Assembly: GCA_013239625.1 (NCBI GenBank)
Contig: MU054187.1
Coordinates: 4,723,757-4,787,756, forward strand
Reading direction: 5' to 3'
From: Lama guanicoe
Lineage: Eukaryota
Length of the DNA: 64,000 nt
Program-made: the position numbers and the translations under genes
Shown: in pieces, positions 1 through 11,687 of the stretch
Layout: the number at the start of each line of letters is the position of its first letter
Numbering within the stretch: position 1 is the stretch's first letter
The notes under the pieces: generated by a model
The model's input: only the letters and a program-made list of their open reading frames with translations
Databases searched by the model: none
What the model was told of the DNA's origin: nothing

Positions 1-54
1 ATGTGTATCTGCATAGAGATCTTCATTTTTTTTACATCAACTGCTTTACTTTTT

Positions 55-190
55 TCCTTTTTTTAATTGAAATATATAGTCCATTTACAATGTGTCAATT
101 TCCGGTGTACAGCATAATGTTTCAGTCATACATATACATGTATATATTCCATATATATTTCTTTTCATATTCTTTTTCATTATAGGTTAG
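55..190 (-). mobile_element. Truncated L1 3' end (cetartiodactyl/camelid type)
   Basis: Poly-T then aattgaaatatatagtccatttacaatgtgtcaatttccggtgtacagc..., similar to the L1 ends at 2009 and 11360. Confidence 0.7.
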
Positions 191-2008
191 AGCTCTTCAT
201 TTTTCGTGTGTATATAGTTTTCCACTGACTGAAGTTAGTACTATAATTTAATTAACTGATTCCTTACTGGTGGACATTTGGTTCATTTCCAGCTTTTGAC
301 TATAGAATCCATTGCTTTATTTCATGCATTTTTGCCTCCTTAAACACAGACCACGAATGTTTTCTCATGGATGATTCATGATCATAATTAATACCAATCA
401 CTGGATGGCAGTGCATAGATTTCTCCATCCATTTAGGGTTTTCCTAGGGCTTTGTGCACTTTACATGTATCTAGACTGGTGGGCTTCTTGAATCACTACT
501 TCTGTTTTCTCCATGATTCCTGAAAAGCTGAACCTTCACGTGTCTGTCAGAGTAGGATGTCACCGTCGGAGAAAACGCCAACCTGATAACCAAACAAGTT
601 AACCCTTTGGTGTCTCCTCTCAGGCAAACAAGTGAAAGCAAACGAACAAACACATGGAAAAAGGGGGGTACCTGGCACCACTAGGAGCTATCTGCAACTT
701 CCTGTGACTCTATAATTTTGTCAAACTTAAAAGGTTTTCAAGATGGTGAAGAAGTACATTCTCAAGTCCAGGGAAACGTCCTGGAGCTCGGCCCCCGCCC
801 CATGGCGTCTCAGAACACCACAGGCTGCTTCCAAACACAGCCATGCCCTCCCCTCTGCACCCCGGTCTCCCTCCACACTCACAGCCTCTCTGCTGTACAA
901 CGGAAGCCCAGGAAACACACACACCCGCGTTTCTGTCGCGGGCTGAGGAAAAGCAGAGGCTTGAGCATCCGTATTTTCCTCATTTACATACGGTTTTTGT
1001 CTTCCTCCCGAGGATGTCACTTCTTCCTGCTGTCACGTGTCCTCCCACCGATGTCACACCCCCGATGCGCTGCCTCCGCTCTGGGGAGTGGGGATTCAGA
1101 CGCCTGTTACAGTTGTCAAAACTATTAATAGGCTGAAAGGAAGTTCCTACAAGGCTTTCTGATGAGTCAAGTGCATAGAGTTTCCTGTGCGGATTTTATG
1201 ACGTTTCCATGTGTTCAGCACAGCGATCAGAGGGTTGGGAAATAAATACACGCTAGCTGAGTTGGAAAGCTGTTTGGTGCTTTTTTCATTCTCTGCTATG
1301 TTTCAAACTGTGAAGTGTCATCCCCCCTCCCCCCCCGCACCCACACACATGCTAAGCACCTACTGTGTGTCAGGCACTGCGTCAACGCTGGGAACACAGC
1401 GGTAAACGAGGAAGCAGTGAGCTCTGGCCTGTGGGGTTTCCACGGCAGCAGGACCTAGAGTCAACGCCCTGATGCAGGAAGGAGTGTGTTTCGTCGCCAG
1501 AAGGTCTGGAGTGGAACGAGCTTGTCTAAGCGGTCTGATCCATCCACGGCCTGCCAGTTCCCTCTTTACTTGGAGAGCAGCGGCGGGAACACACTGACGT
1601 GCAGAGGAAAGACTGTTCTGGACCTCAGAGAATATAGGACCAAGTCCAACACTCCATCCCCGTGAACAGATGTGTGCAAAACACGGAAACGCAAACCAGA
1701 GGAACAGAGAGCCGAAAGCACAAGTGAAGCCATGGCTTATGTAACCTGTTGGTTAAGAAATGCTGCAAGCCAGCTTCACAGAGCTCACCCTGCAGGGTGG
1801 CCGCCCGAAATAAAATGAGCTGTGAGTATGGTCACACTCCAGAGCCAAAGCAGTTCTCTTCCTGAATTCACAAGTCACACCAACTCGGCGGTGGCACGTG
1901 GGTGACCTCGATCGGTACAAAACCTCGCACTTGCCCGTCAGGTCCCTAATTCAGGGCAAGTCAGCGGGAGAACCAAGGGGACTAATCTGGGGCTTTCATA
2001 ATACGCTC

Positions 2009-2593
2009 TTTTGTTTATTGAAGTTGGTTTACAATGTTGGGTTAATTGCTGGTGTACAGCATAGGGAGTCAGTCATACATACAGATTCCTTTTCATGTTC
2101 TTTTTCACTGCAGGTTACTGCAAGGTGTTGAATCTAGTTCCCTGTGCCGTACAGTAGGACCTTGTTGTTTACCCGTTTTATATATAGTAGTTAGTATCTG
2201 CTAATCCCAAACTCCCCAGTTTATCCCTCCACCCCCTGGTAACCATAAGTTTGTTTTCTCTGTCTGTGAGTCTGTTTCTGTTTTGTAAATAAGTTCATCT
2301 GTGTCATTTTTTAGATTCCACATATGAATGATATCATATGGTACTTTTGTTTCTCTTTCTGGCTTACTTCACTTAGTATGACAATCTCAAGGTCCATCTG
2401 TGTTGCTGCAGATGGCATTATTTTATTCTTTTTATGGCTGAGTAGTATTCCATTGTATAAATATGCCACATCTTCTTTATCCAGTCCTCTGTTGATGGAC
2501 ATTTAGGGTGTTTCCATGTCTTGGCTATTGTAAACAGTAGCTGCTATGAACACTGGGGTGCAGGTGTCTTTTTGAATTAGAGTTTCCTCTGGA
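2009..2593 (-). mobile_element. 5'-truncated L1 (ORF2 C-terminus + 3' UTR) with TSD
   Basis: ORF 2311..2502 encodes L1 ORF2-like C-terminus (IMPSAATQMDLEIVILSEVSQKEK..YHMISFICGI); TSD tcataat(a)cgctc 1996-2008 / tcataat(a)agctc 2594-2606 (12/13). Confidence 0.9.
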
Positions 2594-3049
2594 TCATAAT
2601 AAGCTCGTACGAAATATGTCTATTTACATTTGAGCCATGTCTTCAACTCTTTTTCTTAGAAAAAAATCAATTATGCTATAGCATATACAGAATATCTGAT
2701 TCTCAGATATTGTTTTGAATCTTAAACACACGGTGTCAAGGTTGTAAATGTCTGGTATATCTAATGAGTCCACTGAGCAGACTGGAGAACGAGGTGGTGA
2801 TAAGTTCTATTTCTTATCAAGAGAATCGTCATTTTTACATTAGTTTTGAGGTTTTCACTTTTTAAAAGCTCCCGACATCTATTTTCCTACTTGAACGAAA
2901 TAATCCACTAGGTTCAGCAAGGCAGGTGTCTTAGCTGTTTTAAAGGTGAGGAAGCAAGGCATCATGAAGGTGTTGTGGGCAACGTCGCATAGCTTGAAAT
3001 AGCCCGTGGTCAAGGGAGTGGAAGCCAGGACTCAGTCAGGGTTTGCATC

Positions 3050-3240
3050 CTGGCACTGCCACAAGGTGTGCGCCATGGCTCAAGAGGCTGCCTTCCCCGA
3101 GTCTTTGCTTTCTTATCTATAAAAGGGGGATGGTGGTCATGCAGGACTCATAACGTAGACGTTGAAATAAGACGATGTGTGTGAAATGTTTCACCAGGGG
3201 CTTGGCACAATCTATGCTCAGAAGTGTTTATTGTCATTAA
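3050..3240 (+). mobile_element. MIR-like SINE relic
   Basis: ttcttatctataaaagggggatgg...gtgaaatgttt...cttggcacaatctatgctcagaagtgtttattg resembles the MIR core and 3' end. Confidence 0.55.
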
Positions 3241-4166
3241 GTGGTAAGTCCGGGACACAACCCCAACTTCTCTGCATTGAAGCCTGGCGTGTTTCCTGCA
3301 CAGGCCAGAAGCCCACAGGAAGTTCAATGGAACCAACAGGCACCTGCCTATGGATCTAGGGAACAGTACACACACCACCTACACGTTCCGATATCAAGTT
3401 GATTTGTCAAATGTGTTCTGAACATCAAGTGTGCGCAAGGTGCTGATAGGTCGTCAGGGAGATATGGGTAACTTTCTCAGCAAATCGTTCATTCATTCGC
3501 GTTAACCTAGCACCTCCTTGGTGTAAAGCACCTTTTAGGTGCTGGAGACACAGAAGCCATAAGACAGGCAGACCCTGGCCTCAAGGAGACACAGCCAACC
3601 AACCGGAGAGCAAATCGACCATTTGATTCCTGACAAAGAAGCATCCTGTCTATGATCAGAAAAGGTCAGGCAATGCATCCGTGTTTCGCACCAAGATCTT
3701 CACACACGCGCTTATGTGACCCCCGTGGGCGCACTCGGAGCCGGACATCCGTTGACAAATGACTTCATGCTGCGAAGGCCTGGCCCCGGGCCGGGGCAGC
3801 GCTGCTGGCCGCACCGCAGGGGCGCTCCCGTCCCCCGGGGTGGGGGCAGGTCTGAGGACGAGAATCAGAGGCAAGGTGGCTGCTTTGCTTTTAAGCCTCA
3901 CATTGATCCGCGCCTTCTGGGCAGAGAACAGAAGCGGGAGCCATGGTCCCCCAGACTCGCTCAGCAGGAGGGCAAGAGCTCAGGGAGAGAGAGGAGAAGG
4001 GGGGGCAGGTGAGGGGGAGGCAGCGAGGAAGAGGGGGCTGGGCCCTTTCCCACTTTTTGCTTATTATGAACAGCGCTGCTGTGAACAGTCAAGTTTTTCT
4101 GCGAACATGTGTTTTAAATTTCCTGAGTGGAAAGAGTGGATTTGTTGGGTCATACGGTGGCTCCGT

Positions 4167-4780
4167 TGAAGCCAAGGGTGCTTTTCAGTTAGACCCAAGA
4201 AGCTGCATCCCCCAGGCCTCACGGAGCCCGAACGAGGTGCCTGCCCGAGGCGGTTCGCAGGAACTTGGAGTCAGCTGTGTCCAGTTCGGGCGCAAGCCAG
4301 TTAAGACTGGGCGGGACCGTGGACCCTCCAACTGGGCTCAAATGTCTGACCCAGACTTTCTGACGGCGGAGGGCAGAGAGCACCTCTCAGGACAGGCGTC
4401 CCACGGAGAAGCATGCAGCTTAGTTGTACCGGCGCAGGACAAGTTTGACCTCACTTTAAAAAAAAAAAAAATCTTGTTGTGAGAAGGTAATTAGGTTTAT
4501 TTATTTTTAGAGGAGGTACTGGGGATTGAACCCAGGACCTTGTGCATGCTAAGCATGCTCTACCACCCCACCTTTTCCTTATCTCCCATCACCCTTCCCC
4601 ACGCTCCCCAGGCCTCAGGTTTATTCCATAAATATCCCAAGCCCCTCGCCTTCAGGGAGGTGATTTGAGGCATCCTTGCTTGGCTGCCTCCTGAGCCAGC
4701 CTTCCCTCTGCTGCAGACCTCAGTATCTCAGCGTTTGGCTTGCTGTGCGAAGAGAGGCAAAGGCACCTGGTTCGGTAACA
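4167..4780 (+). mobile_element. Solo ERV LTR nested in L1 (itself containing a SINE)
   Basis: TG...CA termini (tgaagcc...ggttcggtaaca), TATA-like ccataaata ~4627; splits contiguous L1 sequence. Confidence 0.65.
4478..4568 (-). mobile_element. tRNA-derived SINE (camelid Vic-1-like), 5'-truncated
   Basis: ggtactggggattgaacccaggaccttgtgcatgctaagcatgctctacc: B-box ggttcaatcc on the minus strand, A-rich tail. Confidence 0.85.
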
Positions 4781-4915
4781 CTTGGTTTAACTTTTTCTGA
4801 CAAACTGTTTTCCAAAGTGGCTGCAGCATTTTACATTCCCACCAGCAGCATATGAAGGTTCCAGTTTCTCCATGTCATTGTCAACAGCTACTGTGGTCTC
4901 CATGTTTTTAATTAC

Positions 4916-5042
4916 AGCCATCCTAATGCGTGTGAAGTAACATCTCATCATGGTTTTGATTTGCAAGGAGCCATTAAAGGATTAATGGCTGTAGCCATCC
5001 TAATGCGTGTGAAGTAACATCTCATCATGGTTTTGATTTGCA
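4916..5042. repeat. Perfect 50-bp direct duplication with 27-bp palindromic spacer
   Basis: Identical copies at 4916-4965 and 4993-5042. Confidence 0.95.
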
Positions 5043-6241
5043 TTTCTCTAATGATTAATAACGTTGAGTATCTTCTTATGGGATTATTGGCCCTTTGTAA
5101 ATCTTCTTTGGAGAATGTCTGTTGAAATCCTTTGCTCATTTTTTTTGACTCACTACTTGTCTTTCCGTTGTTCAATTGCAAGAGTTATTTCCATGTGCTG
5201 GGTGCTATACCCTTATCAGATATGATTTTCAAACATTTCCGCCCATTCTACTGGCTGCCATTTCACTTTCTTGATAATGCCTTTAGAGACACAAAGGTAT
5301 TTTAATTTAGTTGAAGTCCAATTTCCCTATTTTTTAATTGATTACTTATACTCTGGGCGTCATGTCTAAGATGCGTCTAATCCAAGGTTTGGAAGACTTC
5401 ACGCCTATTTTTCTCCTAAGAGTTGTACAGATTGAGCTCTTGTCTTGATGTATTTGATCCATGCTATGTTGATTTTCGTATATGGTATGAGGTTGGTGGG
5501 GTCCAGCCTCACTCTCTTGTACGTGGATATTCAGTTGCCCAGCATCATTTGTGGAAAAGGATGTTTGTTCCCAGTGAAATCTCTTGGCGCTTTTTTTGAA
5601 AACCAATTAACATACAGGTAAGGGTTTATTTCTGGACTCTTTTTTTCCCCATCATGATTAGAGAACATACTTTCCATGATTTTAGTCTTTATTAAGACTG
5701 TTTTATGGTCTAACATAAATCTGCCCTTGAGAAAGCTCCACATGGTACTTGAAGACTTTGTATTCCGCTGCTGTTACGTGATATCCAGGTGTCCGTCAAG
5801 TCTGGTTCGCTTCTAAGGCTGCTCAAGTCTTGTAGTCCCCTGCTTGCCACCTGTCAAGTTGCTCCTTCTATCACATTGGAAGGTGGATGTTGAAGCCTCC
5901 ATTATTGTTGAATTGTCTATTTCTTTCAAATTCTATCAGCTTTGCTTCATGTATTTTGGGACTCCGTTGTTAGGTGAATATAAATTTTTATAATTATTGT
6001 AATTTCTGGATGGATGAACTCTTTTATTGTTCTAGAATGTCCCTAGCAATACTTTTTATCTCACATTTGCCTGATTTTTCTAACAGTGTGCATTTTGAGA
6101 AAACATTAAACATGCTCCAACCATAGCAAAAACCAGAATACAAAAATTACGCTTTTGTTGTTTTGGAGGGTGTTCATTACTTTTTCCACTAATGTACGTT
6201 TGTACTAGGGAATGTCCTATTTTAAAAAGGTAAAGCTTATA

Positions 6242-6257
6242 TCGCCCTCTGGTGGAC
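6242..6257 (-). promoter_or_regulatory. Candidate CTCF site
   Basis: tcgccctctggtggac; reverse complement ccaccagagggcga closely matches the CTCF core consensus. Confidence 0.5.
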
Positions 6258-6489
6258 AACCATGTACATGGCACCTCCTCTGTAGCTAGGAAACCGGAAG
6301 CAGCCACCCTCGCCCGCACCGGTGGAACCAGGAGCTAGAATCCTAGAAGGCACCATGTCGACCCAGCCCCTAGAAGCAGAGCCCAGCCTCGCAGCCCACA
6401 CCTTGGAGCCAGCAGCATCTAGTCCTGGGGAAGCCTCCCTACATCTTTGCCTGTATTGACCCACTTGCCTTTTATTCAATAATTTAGCT

Positions 6490-7150
6490 CTTTTTAAAGG
6501 TTCAATTTTACTTAATTTTGAAACAATCCCAAATTTACAGAAAACCAGGAAGCACAGTACGATGGATTTTCTTTCCTATACTGTTTGACAGTAAGTTGCT
6601 GCCCTCCTGCTCATCACCCACAGCTGTTTAAGGGTATGTTACCGACAACAAGAGCATTCTCAGCACAACCAAGGCACAATCCTCAAAATCAGGAAATAAA
6701 TGTTAATTTTCAGATTACGTTCCAGTGTTGCCAGTGGTCTCAAATTGTCTTTTAAAACCAAGGGATTAAGTTCTGAATCTCGGCTGTGCCTGGCTGTCAC
6801 GCATGCGTCCTCAGCCCCCTTCAGGCTGGAACGGCTCCTCCGTCTTTCCTTGACTCTCGTGACTTTGTTGGGGTTGCAGATGCAGATGCTGTAGTTCTAC
6901 ACATTGTCCCTTGATTAGGATTTTTCTAAAGGTTCTCTGACATTTATGTTACGTATCTCTGGCAGAAACAACACTGAAGTGAGGCTACGTTCCTGTCATT
7001 GCATCCTATTGGGGCACAGCTTCAATGTTCCAGTCACTGATGATTTTAACTTAAATTTTTTTTTGATTTTTAATATTTTTAAAATTTTACCTTTGATCAC
7101 TTGATTTCAGATGGCATCTTTTAGGCTTTCCCACTGCAAAAGCATCCTTC
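6490..7150 (-). mobile_element. Old L1 3' end (L1MC/ME-like)
   Basis: ttttgaaacaatcccaaatttacagaaaa...ctcaaaatcaggaaa...tttgatcacttgatt pattern typical of old L1 3' UTRs. Confidence 0.55.
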
Positions 7151-7780
7151 TTTATGTACAGAGGACACCCTCACCTCCCCTTCTAGAGAAATAATCTCGA
7201 CTCTCATCCAGCAACTTCATTTGACTCAAAATCCAGCCTCCCTGGGTGATGTGCCGTCGTTTCTGTGGTGTCCCGGCGGTCTAGCAGCCTGTCAGCTAGA
7301 ACATGAGCTATTTGCCTCCTCTTTCCTGTACCCACCCAGCACCCTCCATGTGCTGGCTGAGTGGGACCGCAGTGACGGCAGTATAGGACCTGCCATCTGG
7401 TAAGGGAAGAGCAGGTGGCACAGAGGCGACAGAGGTCTGTGCCGATTGTGAGTCCTCCTGCGCAGGACCTGCAGATACCTGCTGATGGCCCAGCGGCGTC
7501 AGGTCCTAGGAGAGCCTGTCTGGATACACCTGGTTCTGACCAGAGGGTAACACTGGTCCTGAGCCTTCTGTGGCTGGCTGTGGCGCGGTCCTCTGTGGCC
7601 ACACTTGGTGTGCGCTTAGGGAGAAAGTCCACCCTGAGTGTTGCATGGCTTTTTTTTTTGTTACAAGGTAGGTGACCTGAAGGTGTCTTTAAGGACTCAA
7701 AAAAAAAAAAACCACAGGATTTTTGCAGAACAGGCTTGAGATTCCCTTGGCAATGCAATGCCTTCAAAAATCTAGTTGAC

Positions 7781-7921
7781 GGGGAGGGAATAGGTCAGGG
7801 CTAGAGCCTGTGCTTAGCATGCATGAGGTCCTGGGTTCAATCCCTGGTACTTCCGTTTAAATAAATAAATAAGTATAAATAAACCCGATTACCTCTCCCC
7901 AAAGAAAAAAAATTTTTTTTT
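7781..7921 (+). mobile_element. Full-length tRNA-derived SINE (Vic-1-like) with TSD
   Basis: ggggagggaataggtcagggctagagc...ggttcaatccc...(aaat)n tail; TSD aatctagttg at 7769-7778 and 7922-7931. Confidence 0.9.
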
Positions 7922-8758
7922 AATCTAGTTGGTTTATAGTTTTTGCATCAAAGCAGTTTCACACGCTAGTAGCTGTCTTGACGATTCTTCTCACCTTGCA
8001 GGAGGTCGTAAAGTTTCTTTTACTTACGTCTTTCCTTTTAATCTTCAATTAACTTTTCATTTCATAGTGTACCTGTTTATGTGTTCGTAAGCATATTAAA
8101 AGGTATTGTTATTTTATTCTTATGTGTATATGATAGAAGTGTCTATTTCTAGATTAATAATTATTTGATAATCAAAATGGGTGTTTAATTTTATCAAACA
8201 CTTTTCCAGCATCTATTAAGATGATCATATAGTATTTTCATTTTTAATTCAACATTGTCAGCCTAGGAAAACATTATGGTAAATGCTTGCCGTTCCCATG
8301 ACCCACTTAAAGGAATAGAACTTCACCAGCGCAGCTGCGCTTCCTGCGTGCCCCTCCCTAAGCCCTTTCTCCCCGAGACCGCAGTCGCCGACCCTGCCAT
8401 CCTGAGCCTGATTTTCATTATATTTATACCACCTTCATACTTTTCCACACGTGTATTTCTCTGTTAAGTGTATAACAGTGTTTAGGCTTTTAATACGTGT
8501 ATGTAAAACTTCACATTGTATATATCTCTCTACAAATTACTTGTCTTTACTCAACATTGTTTGTGAGAGTCATCAGCATGTAGTTCTAGTTCATTTTAAC
8601 CACAGCTGAGTGTCTCGCTGAATGAGCACACTGAATGATACATCCATCCTCCTGGGGAAGTTCTTTTACACTGTTTGCACTTTTTTTGTTGTTTTTGGTT
8701 TTTTTTTCTTTTGCTATTTCAATGTTATTATATCGTCTTCTTGTGTACATATGCAAAT

Positions 8759-8867
8759 TAGGGTTGTCAGATTTGGCAAATAAAAATACAGGACACCCGA
8801 TTAAATTTGAATTTCAGATAAACAATGAATAGATTTTTTACTGTATGTCCCACCTGTTGCAACCCTA
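8759..8867 (+). mobile_element. MER53-like non-autonomous DNA transposon, internally deleted
   Basis: TIRs tagggttg...caacccta; internal gcaaataaaaatacaggacacccgattaaatttgaatttcagataaacaatgaa matches recalled MER53 consensus. Confidence 0.75.
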
Positions 8868-9459
8868 CAAGAGTTTCGTTTAGGGAGCACAGCAAGGTAC
8901 GTCATATAAAATGCCCCCACCACACACAAAAGTAATAGAAGTTAAAGTTTCCAAAAATAATAACTGCCCTGACCTACTGATAACTACCCTGCTCACTGCC
9001 TATTGAGTTCTAATCTAGCCTTCCTATTCCATCTCATTGCATTAAAAAAGGACACGCCTTGTACCACCGAATTAACTTCGCCCTGTACTAGCCTGCCGGG
9101 TCCTCGGCCTGAGAAGCCGGGGCGGAGCGCGTGCGGCCGGGAGCGCCCCTGCTGAGCTGTGCGGGCTGCAGCTTTGGTTTTAGCGGAACAGCCGTGTCCT
9201 CTCCAGCGGCGCGGGGGGCGCGGACGCTCCTGGTGCCCTGCAGCCTCGCCAGCGCTTCTTACCGTCCAACTGGATGATTTTTAAATCTCATGAATGTCAA
9301 AAACGGTCTTATTTCAGTGCAAGTGTGCATTTTACTGTCTTTTAATGACACTTGCCCTCCTCTCCTCATTGTTGGTCATTCGAAATTCCTCCTCAGTGAA
9401 CTGTCTACTCACATTCTTCGTCCCGTTTCCTGTCGGGTCGTTTGCCTTTTTCTTACTGA

Positions 9460-9628
9460 ATTTTTTTAGTACCAAGTGTTTTGTTGCTGCTGTTCTGATT
9501 CTCCTCGTTGTTGTTAGGAATGAGGTGATTGGGTTTATTTATTATTTTTTTAATGGAGGTGCTGGGATTGACCCCAGGACCTTGCGCACACTAAGCACGT
9601 GCTCTACCCCTGAGCTATAGCCTCCCCC
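9460..9628 (-). mobile_element. tRNA-derived SINE (Vic-1-like)
   Basis: ggtgctgggattgaccccaggaccttgcgcacactaagcacgtgctctacccctgagctatagcctcccc plus T-rich tail on +. Confidence 0.85.
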
Positions 9629-10596
9629 GCTGTGAATTTTAGAAGTTCATGGCTTATTTCGCATGCTGATCCACTGTGTGTCATGTGAATTGCAGGCGTC
9701 CTAACACGTGACATCCTTTCTCTTTGTAGACGTGTGTATTTGGATCTACAAAGACTTTCATTTCAATGTGATCAACTTTTCAAGGCTTTTAAAAATGTGC
9801 TATTTGCATATCCCAAGGTCATAGAGATGAATCAGTATCTATAAATGTGCATGTAGATCCTCTGTACTTCTTCTAGAAGTTTTACAATGTAGGTCCATGG
9901 TTTTTGCTTGTTTTAATTGCTGCTATATTCCAAACCCCTGGAAGAATATTGCCACATCACGGGCACAGAATGTTTGTTGAAAGAGTGAGAGGAAAGGGAA
10001 TACCTGGGGGGCAAAGTAAAATAAAAATGGAAAATCAGAATGGTTAGGGAAGACCAGAGTCTCTCTGACTTGCTCAGGGTGGAGCATGCTACCGAGGCAC
10101 AAAAAATCTGGACGCTCACAAGGCTGCATCCTAAGAGGAAGGGTTGTGTGAGCTGGTCTTGAGATGAGTTAAGGCCCTGGGACCCAAGGCCACGATCAGA
10201 GCATGTTTATAGTATGCAGTAAGTAATTGCTCCACGCATGCATCAATTATATAAGATTTAGAACAAAGGAAATAGAAGTACGCATGTGCTAGAGATACTC
10301 TGTAAGCCTAATGAACAAGGAAACTCAGGTTGTGCATGTGCTGGCAGAAAACAGATAAAAGCAGGACAGGTGCATCATAGGCGTACACCTCCCTGTGGCA
10401 ATAAAGTGTTGTTAACCCTGTGGTGTCTCCAGCTGAAGTCTGTCGGGTGGTATGGCAACTCCTCGTGCATTTTTTCGTTTGGGCAGCTCACCTCGTAGAA
10501 CCCCACGTCAGCCTCCCTCGGCTGACAGGTTGCCAAGAAAAAAATTGCTTCGTTGGACATTTTTTTAAACACTTATTTTATTTAGTATTTTAGGAG

Positions 10597-11060
10597 TGTT
10601 GAAAAATTAATCAGTGGATCTAACAAATGGAAAATTTCAGTCGAGCCAAATTGAGGATTATAACCCAGGGACGGCATCTCAGAAAGCTCCAAGAATTGTT
10701 CTGCGTGTTAAAAGTTGAAACATAACTGTGTAGGTTTTTTGAGACAGGGGGCTGTCCATTCAGTGACGTATTATTGGTGGTTTGCACAATCCAGGTTGAA
10801 GTCTTCAGTGGGCCCCTTACAAGACCAAGGAGGAACGTTGTCTTTGAAGGAGTTGTCTTGTTGGTGCCGGGAGATTGTTGCTCTTTGTGGCTGAGCAGGT
10901 ATTTCTGCCGATGGGGGAGGGGGGGGTCTGGTCTGGCCGGTGCTTAAATGCAGATACACACAGCGCACAGTAGAGCAGAGAGAGGGGGCCAAAGGGCAGA
11001 GGAAATTCCTCCTGCTTCAGTTTTCCTTGTCTTGCCGTAAAGTATGAATTTTATGTCACA
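10597..11060 (-). mobile_element. Solo ERV LTR
   Basis: TG...CA termini (tgttgaaaa...atgtcaca), flanking 4-mers ggag / ggcg as a degenerate TSD. Confidence 0.6.
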
Positions 11061-11359
11061 GGCGTTTTTAGCGGAAGTGAGGAAGTCTTCAGGAGATGGG
11101 AGATTCATTCAGCAGTGGGAGCTCTCTGATGACCGCTGTCCGCGTGCTGGGTGCTCCCCACGTGACAACGGGATGAGAGCTTTCTCCCCTCACCGCAAAC
11201 CAGATGAGGGGTTTTCAAAGACCCACTCCGGGAGCCTGTCACGTGCTCCCTGGCATTTGAGTGACTCAGCTGAGACTTGCTGGAGCCTCTGGGTGACAAA
11301 GAAGAGAGAGCTTCATAGGAAGCAGCCTACGCCCCCGGAATTGGGCAGAGAACGTCTTT

Positions 11360-11687
11360 CTTTTTTTTTTTTTAATTGAAGTACAGTCAGTTACAATATG
11401 TCAGTTTCTGGTGAGCAGCACAACGTCCCAGTCATGCATATACATGCATATATTTATTCATTTTCATATTCTTTTTCATTAAAGGTTATGACAAGATATT
11501 GAATATGGTTCCCTGTTCTATAGAGAAATTTGTTTTTTTAATCTATTTTTATATATAGTGGTTAACATTTGCAAATCTCAAACTCCCAAACTGATGCCTT
11601 CCCACCTCCTTTCCCTGTACCCCACAATCGTAAGACTGTTTACTGTGTCTGCCAGCCTGTTTCTGTTTTGTAGACAAATTCATTAGT
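11360..11687 (-). mobile_element. 5'-truncated L1 3' end with poly(A) and TSD
   Basis: Poly-T then aattgaagtacagtcagttacaat...; TSD gcagagaacgtcttt 11345-11359 / gcagagaaagtcttt 11688-11702 (14/15). Confidence 0.88.

Larger units (their letters stand above)
4040..6075 (-). mobile_element. Old L1 (L1M-type) ORF2 fragments, interrupted by an LTR
   Basis: Degenerate L1 ORF2 peptides in ORFs 4948..5181, 5346..5606, 5531..5743; L1 sequence resumes across the LTR at 4167-4780. Confidence 0.8.

Noticed and set aside
4916..5042. Repeat-spacer-repeat structure resembling a minimal CRISPR array (also 13797 and 62636)
   Set aside because: Mammalian DNA, only two units, no cas genes; the 4.9-kb repeat is L1-derived.
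7204..7767. 187-aa minus-strand ORF
   Set aside because: Non-ATG start, crosses homopolymer runs, no recognisable homology or splice structure.
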